From Candidatus Multivoradales bacterium (GTDB taxonomy: Bacteria > Acidobacteriota > Thermoanaerobaculia > Multivoradales > J023): a DNA stretch of 64,000 nucleotides. The stretch covers positions 1,376,001 through 1,440,000 of the forward strand of contig CBDFLE010000005.1 of assembly GCA_965248925.1 (NCBI GenBank), given 5' to 3'. The notes below the pieces were generated by a model that ran no database searches, had not been told where the DNA came from, and worked only from the letters and a program-made list of their open reading frames with translations. Shown here in pieces: positions 62,301-64,000 of this stretch. The translations under genes and the position numbers were made by a program. How positions within the stretch are numbered: the stretch's first letter is position 1; each line of letters starts with the position of its first letter.

Positions 62301-63265
62301 TGCCACGTTTACCACGCTACTTGCCGCGTCCCGGCTGCTTGGTCGAGATCACCCAGCGGACTCTGCAAGGGCGCTACCTCCTACGACCGAGCCGGCGTCT
62401 CAATCAGCTTCTAATCGGAATTCTTGCCAAAGCCCAGCAAGAAACCGAGCTCGCCGTCCATGCGATCGCCGTCCTCTCAAATCACTTCCACCTACTCGCT
62501 TCACCGGCCACCGTCGAACAGATTGCGCGATTTATGGGACACCTCAAGACCAACATAGCCAAAGAAATAGGTCGTCTCCACGACTGGCCCGGCTCGATGT
62601 TCGACCGGCGCTACACCATGATTCCGGTCAGCGACGAAGAGGAAGCTCAGATCAAGCGCCTCGAGTACCTCCTCTCTCAAGGCTGCAAAGAAGGGCTCGT
62701 GACGTCACCCCTCGAGTGGCCGGGAGCCCACTGCGCAGGAGCGCTCCTGACGGGCTATCCGCTGAGGGGAATCTGGATCGACCGCACTCGGCAATGGGCG
62801 GCGAGCCAGCGCGAGGCCGACACCGGGGAATCCGACTTCGTAACCGACGTCGAGCTAAAGCTCGACAACCTGCCATGTTGGAAGCATCTTGCGCTAGAAG
62901 CCCAGCAGCAACACATCTTGGAGCTCATCGAGAAGATCGAGAGAGATACTGCAAGACTCCATCAAGACCGAGGAACCGAGCCCCTCGGCGCATTCCTCGT
63001 CGGCCAGCAGCAGACACATCGACGCCCCGGCCAGCAACCGACAAACCCACCCCCCTTCTTTCACGTCTATCGGAAGAAAGTCCGGCACGCGATGCGCTTG
63101 GCCTTGGGCGAATTCCTCACTGCATACCGTACGGCCGCAGAGAAACTTCGAAGCCGTGGAGCACCTAGCGGATTTCCTGAAAACTCCTTCCCGCCAAGAC
63201 CAAAATTCGTCACTGCTGTCCCGTTAACTTCGCAGAAAAATAGGCTCAAACCTCCCTGGTCTTGA
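62300..63265 (+). CDS. Y1-HUH (IS200/RAYT-like) transposase/nuclease; last ~17 codons derive from IS4 sequence
   Basis: MPRLPR start, HAIAVLSNHFHLL (HUH), FDRRY, EYLLSQGCKEGLV (Tyr); TGATG overlap with comM. Confidence 0.8.
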   Translation: MPRLPRYLPRPGCLVEITQRTLQGRYLLRPSRRLNQLLIGILAKAQQETELAVHAIAVLSNHFHLLASPATVEQIARFMGHLKTNIAKEIGRLHDWPGSMFDRRYTMIPVSDEEEAQIKRLEYLLSQGCKEGLVTSPLEWPGAHCAGALLTGYPLRGIWIDRTRQWAASQREADTGESDFVTDVELKLDNLPCWKHLALEAQQQHILELIEKIERDTARLHQDRGTEPLGAFLVGQQQTHRRPGQQPTNPPPFFHVYRKKVRHAMRLALGEFLTAYRTAAEKLRSRGAPSGFPENSFPPRPKFVTAVPLTSQKNRLKPPWS

Positions 63266-64000
63266 TAGAATCAGTCATCGCTAAACGGCTGAATCAAAGG
63301 GAGATCTGAGCCTTGGCACATCATAGCACCGTCTTCGCCCAGCTACTGCAACTGATTTCGAGACATGAATTCGAGGCCCTCGCAAAACGCCACCACGCCG
63401 GTCGCCAGTTCCGCACTGCGAGCCGCTGGTCGCAGCTGGTGGCTCTGATGATGGCCCAGCTGTCCGGGCGTTCTAGCTTGCGCGACATCGTTGACAATCT
63501 ACGAGCGCAGCGGCACAAGCTCTACCATCTCGGCTGCCGAGTCCTGTCGCGATCTAACTTGGCACGGATCAACGAAGAGAAGCCCTATCTCCTTTTTGAA
63601 GAGCTATTTGGGAGACTTCTGGGGCATGCTCAGGCAGTGGCGCCCAAGCATACGTTCCGGTTCAAGAACCGCTTGTTCTCGCTTGACGCCTCGGTGATAG
63701 ACCTCTGTCTGTCGATATTCCCATGGGCGAAGTTTCGTACGACCAAGGGAGCGATCAAGCTGCATGTGGGGTTGGATCACGGTGGCTACTTGCCTGCCTT
63801 CGTTGCGATCTCGGATGGAAAAACAGGTGACATCGCGGGCTGCAAGAGCCTGACGCTGCCACGAGGAAGCATCGTAGCTTGTGATCGTGGTTACAACAGC
63901 TACAGCTGGTTTCGTCAGCTGAGCGAGAAGGGTCTTTTCTTTGTGACCCGTCTGAAGCGCGGGGCCAAGTACCGCGTGACCGAACGTCGAAGAGTCAATC
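63211..64000 (+). mobile_element. IS4-family insertion sequence, left end; continues beyond the window
   Basis: Starts CACTGCTGTCCCGTTAA, an IS4-like terminus; compositional shift; transposase follows. Confidence 0.8.
63313..64000 (+). CDS. IS4-family DDE transposase with DUF4372 N-terminus (truncated by window edge)
   Basis: Translated by hand from TTG 63313: AHHSTVFAQLL..SLRDI..LDASVIDLCLSIFPWAKFRTTKGAIKLHVGLD..DRGY..FVTRLK; SD AAGGGAG. Confidence 0.92.
   Translation, partial: MAHHSTVFAQLLQLISRHEFEALAKRHHAGRQFRTASRWSQLVALMMAQLSGRSSLRDIVDNLRAQRHKLYHLGCRVLSRSNLARINEEKPYLLFEELFGRLLGHAQAVAPKHTFRFKNRLFSLDASVIDLCLSIFPWAKFRTTKGAIKLHVGLDHGGYLPAFVAISDGKTGDIAGCKSLTLPRGSIVACDRGYNSYSWFRQLSEKGLFFVTRLKRGAKYRVTERRRVN

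Overview
GC-rich bacterial chromosomal window; the gene set and gene order suggest Acidobacteriota, possibly Thermoanaerobaculia-like, but this is inference. Most of it is core or housekeeping DNA: a cobalamin-riboswitch-controlled BtuB-type receptor, hflX, SRAP, thrA-asd-mutA-mutB(scpA)-meaB, metH, etfBA, the tol-pal cluster, rpsT, ribH-nusB-lptE, IHF/HU-MerR-tRNA-Pro(GGG), der, tRNA-Leu(CAG), rex and comM. Accessory loci include a secreted BNR/Vps10-like propeller with three 8-Cys repeats, a hybrid His-kinase divergent from a REC-Ser/Thr kinase, a MurL-like PP-loop enzyme, type-II egtB-egtD next to an EgtUV-like ABC importer, a sigma54-type promoter upstream of DUF937-kbp-DUF4332, and a BlaI/M56 operon with visible operators. 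The most notable non-obvious signals are four. (i) A candidate RAYT/REP-like system: a Y1-HUH nuclease coupled to comM, GTAG-type REP palindromes, and a nested stutter array around a GGTGCC-T-GGCACC palindrome. (ii) Apparent non-AUG starts (ATT in hflX, ATC in metH), each behind a GAGGAG Shine-Dalgarno. (iii) An IS4 element inserted in the last codons of the Y1 nuclease gene. (iv) The ergothioneine synthesis plus import module. No CRISPR array, prophage or rRNA is supported. All family calls come from motif recognition by eye; no database searches were run.
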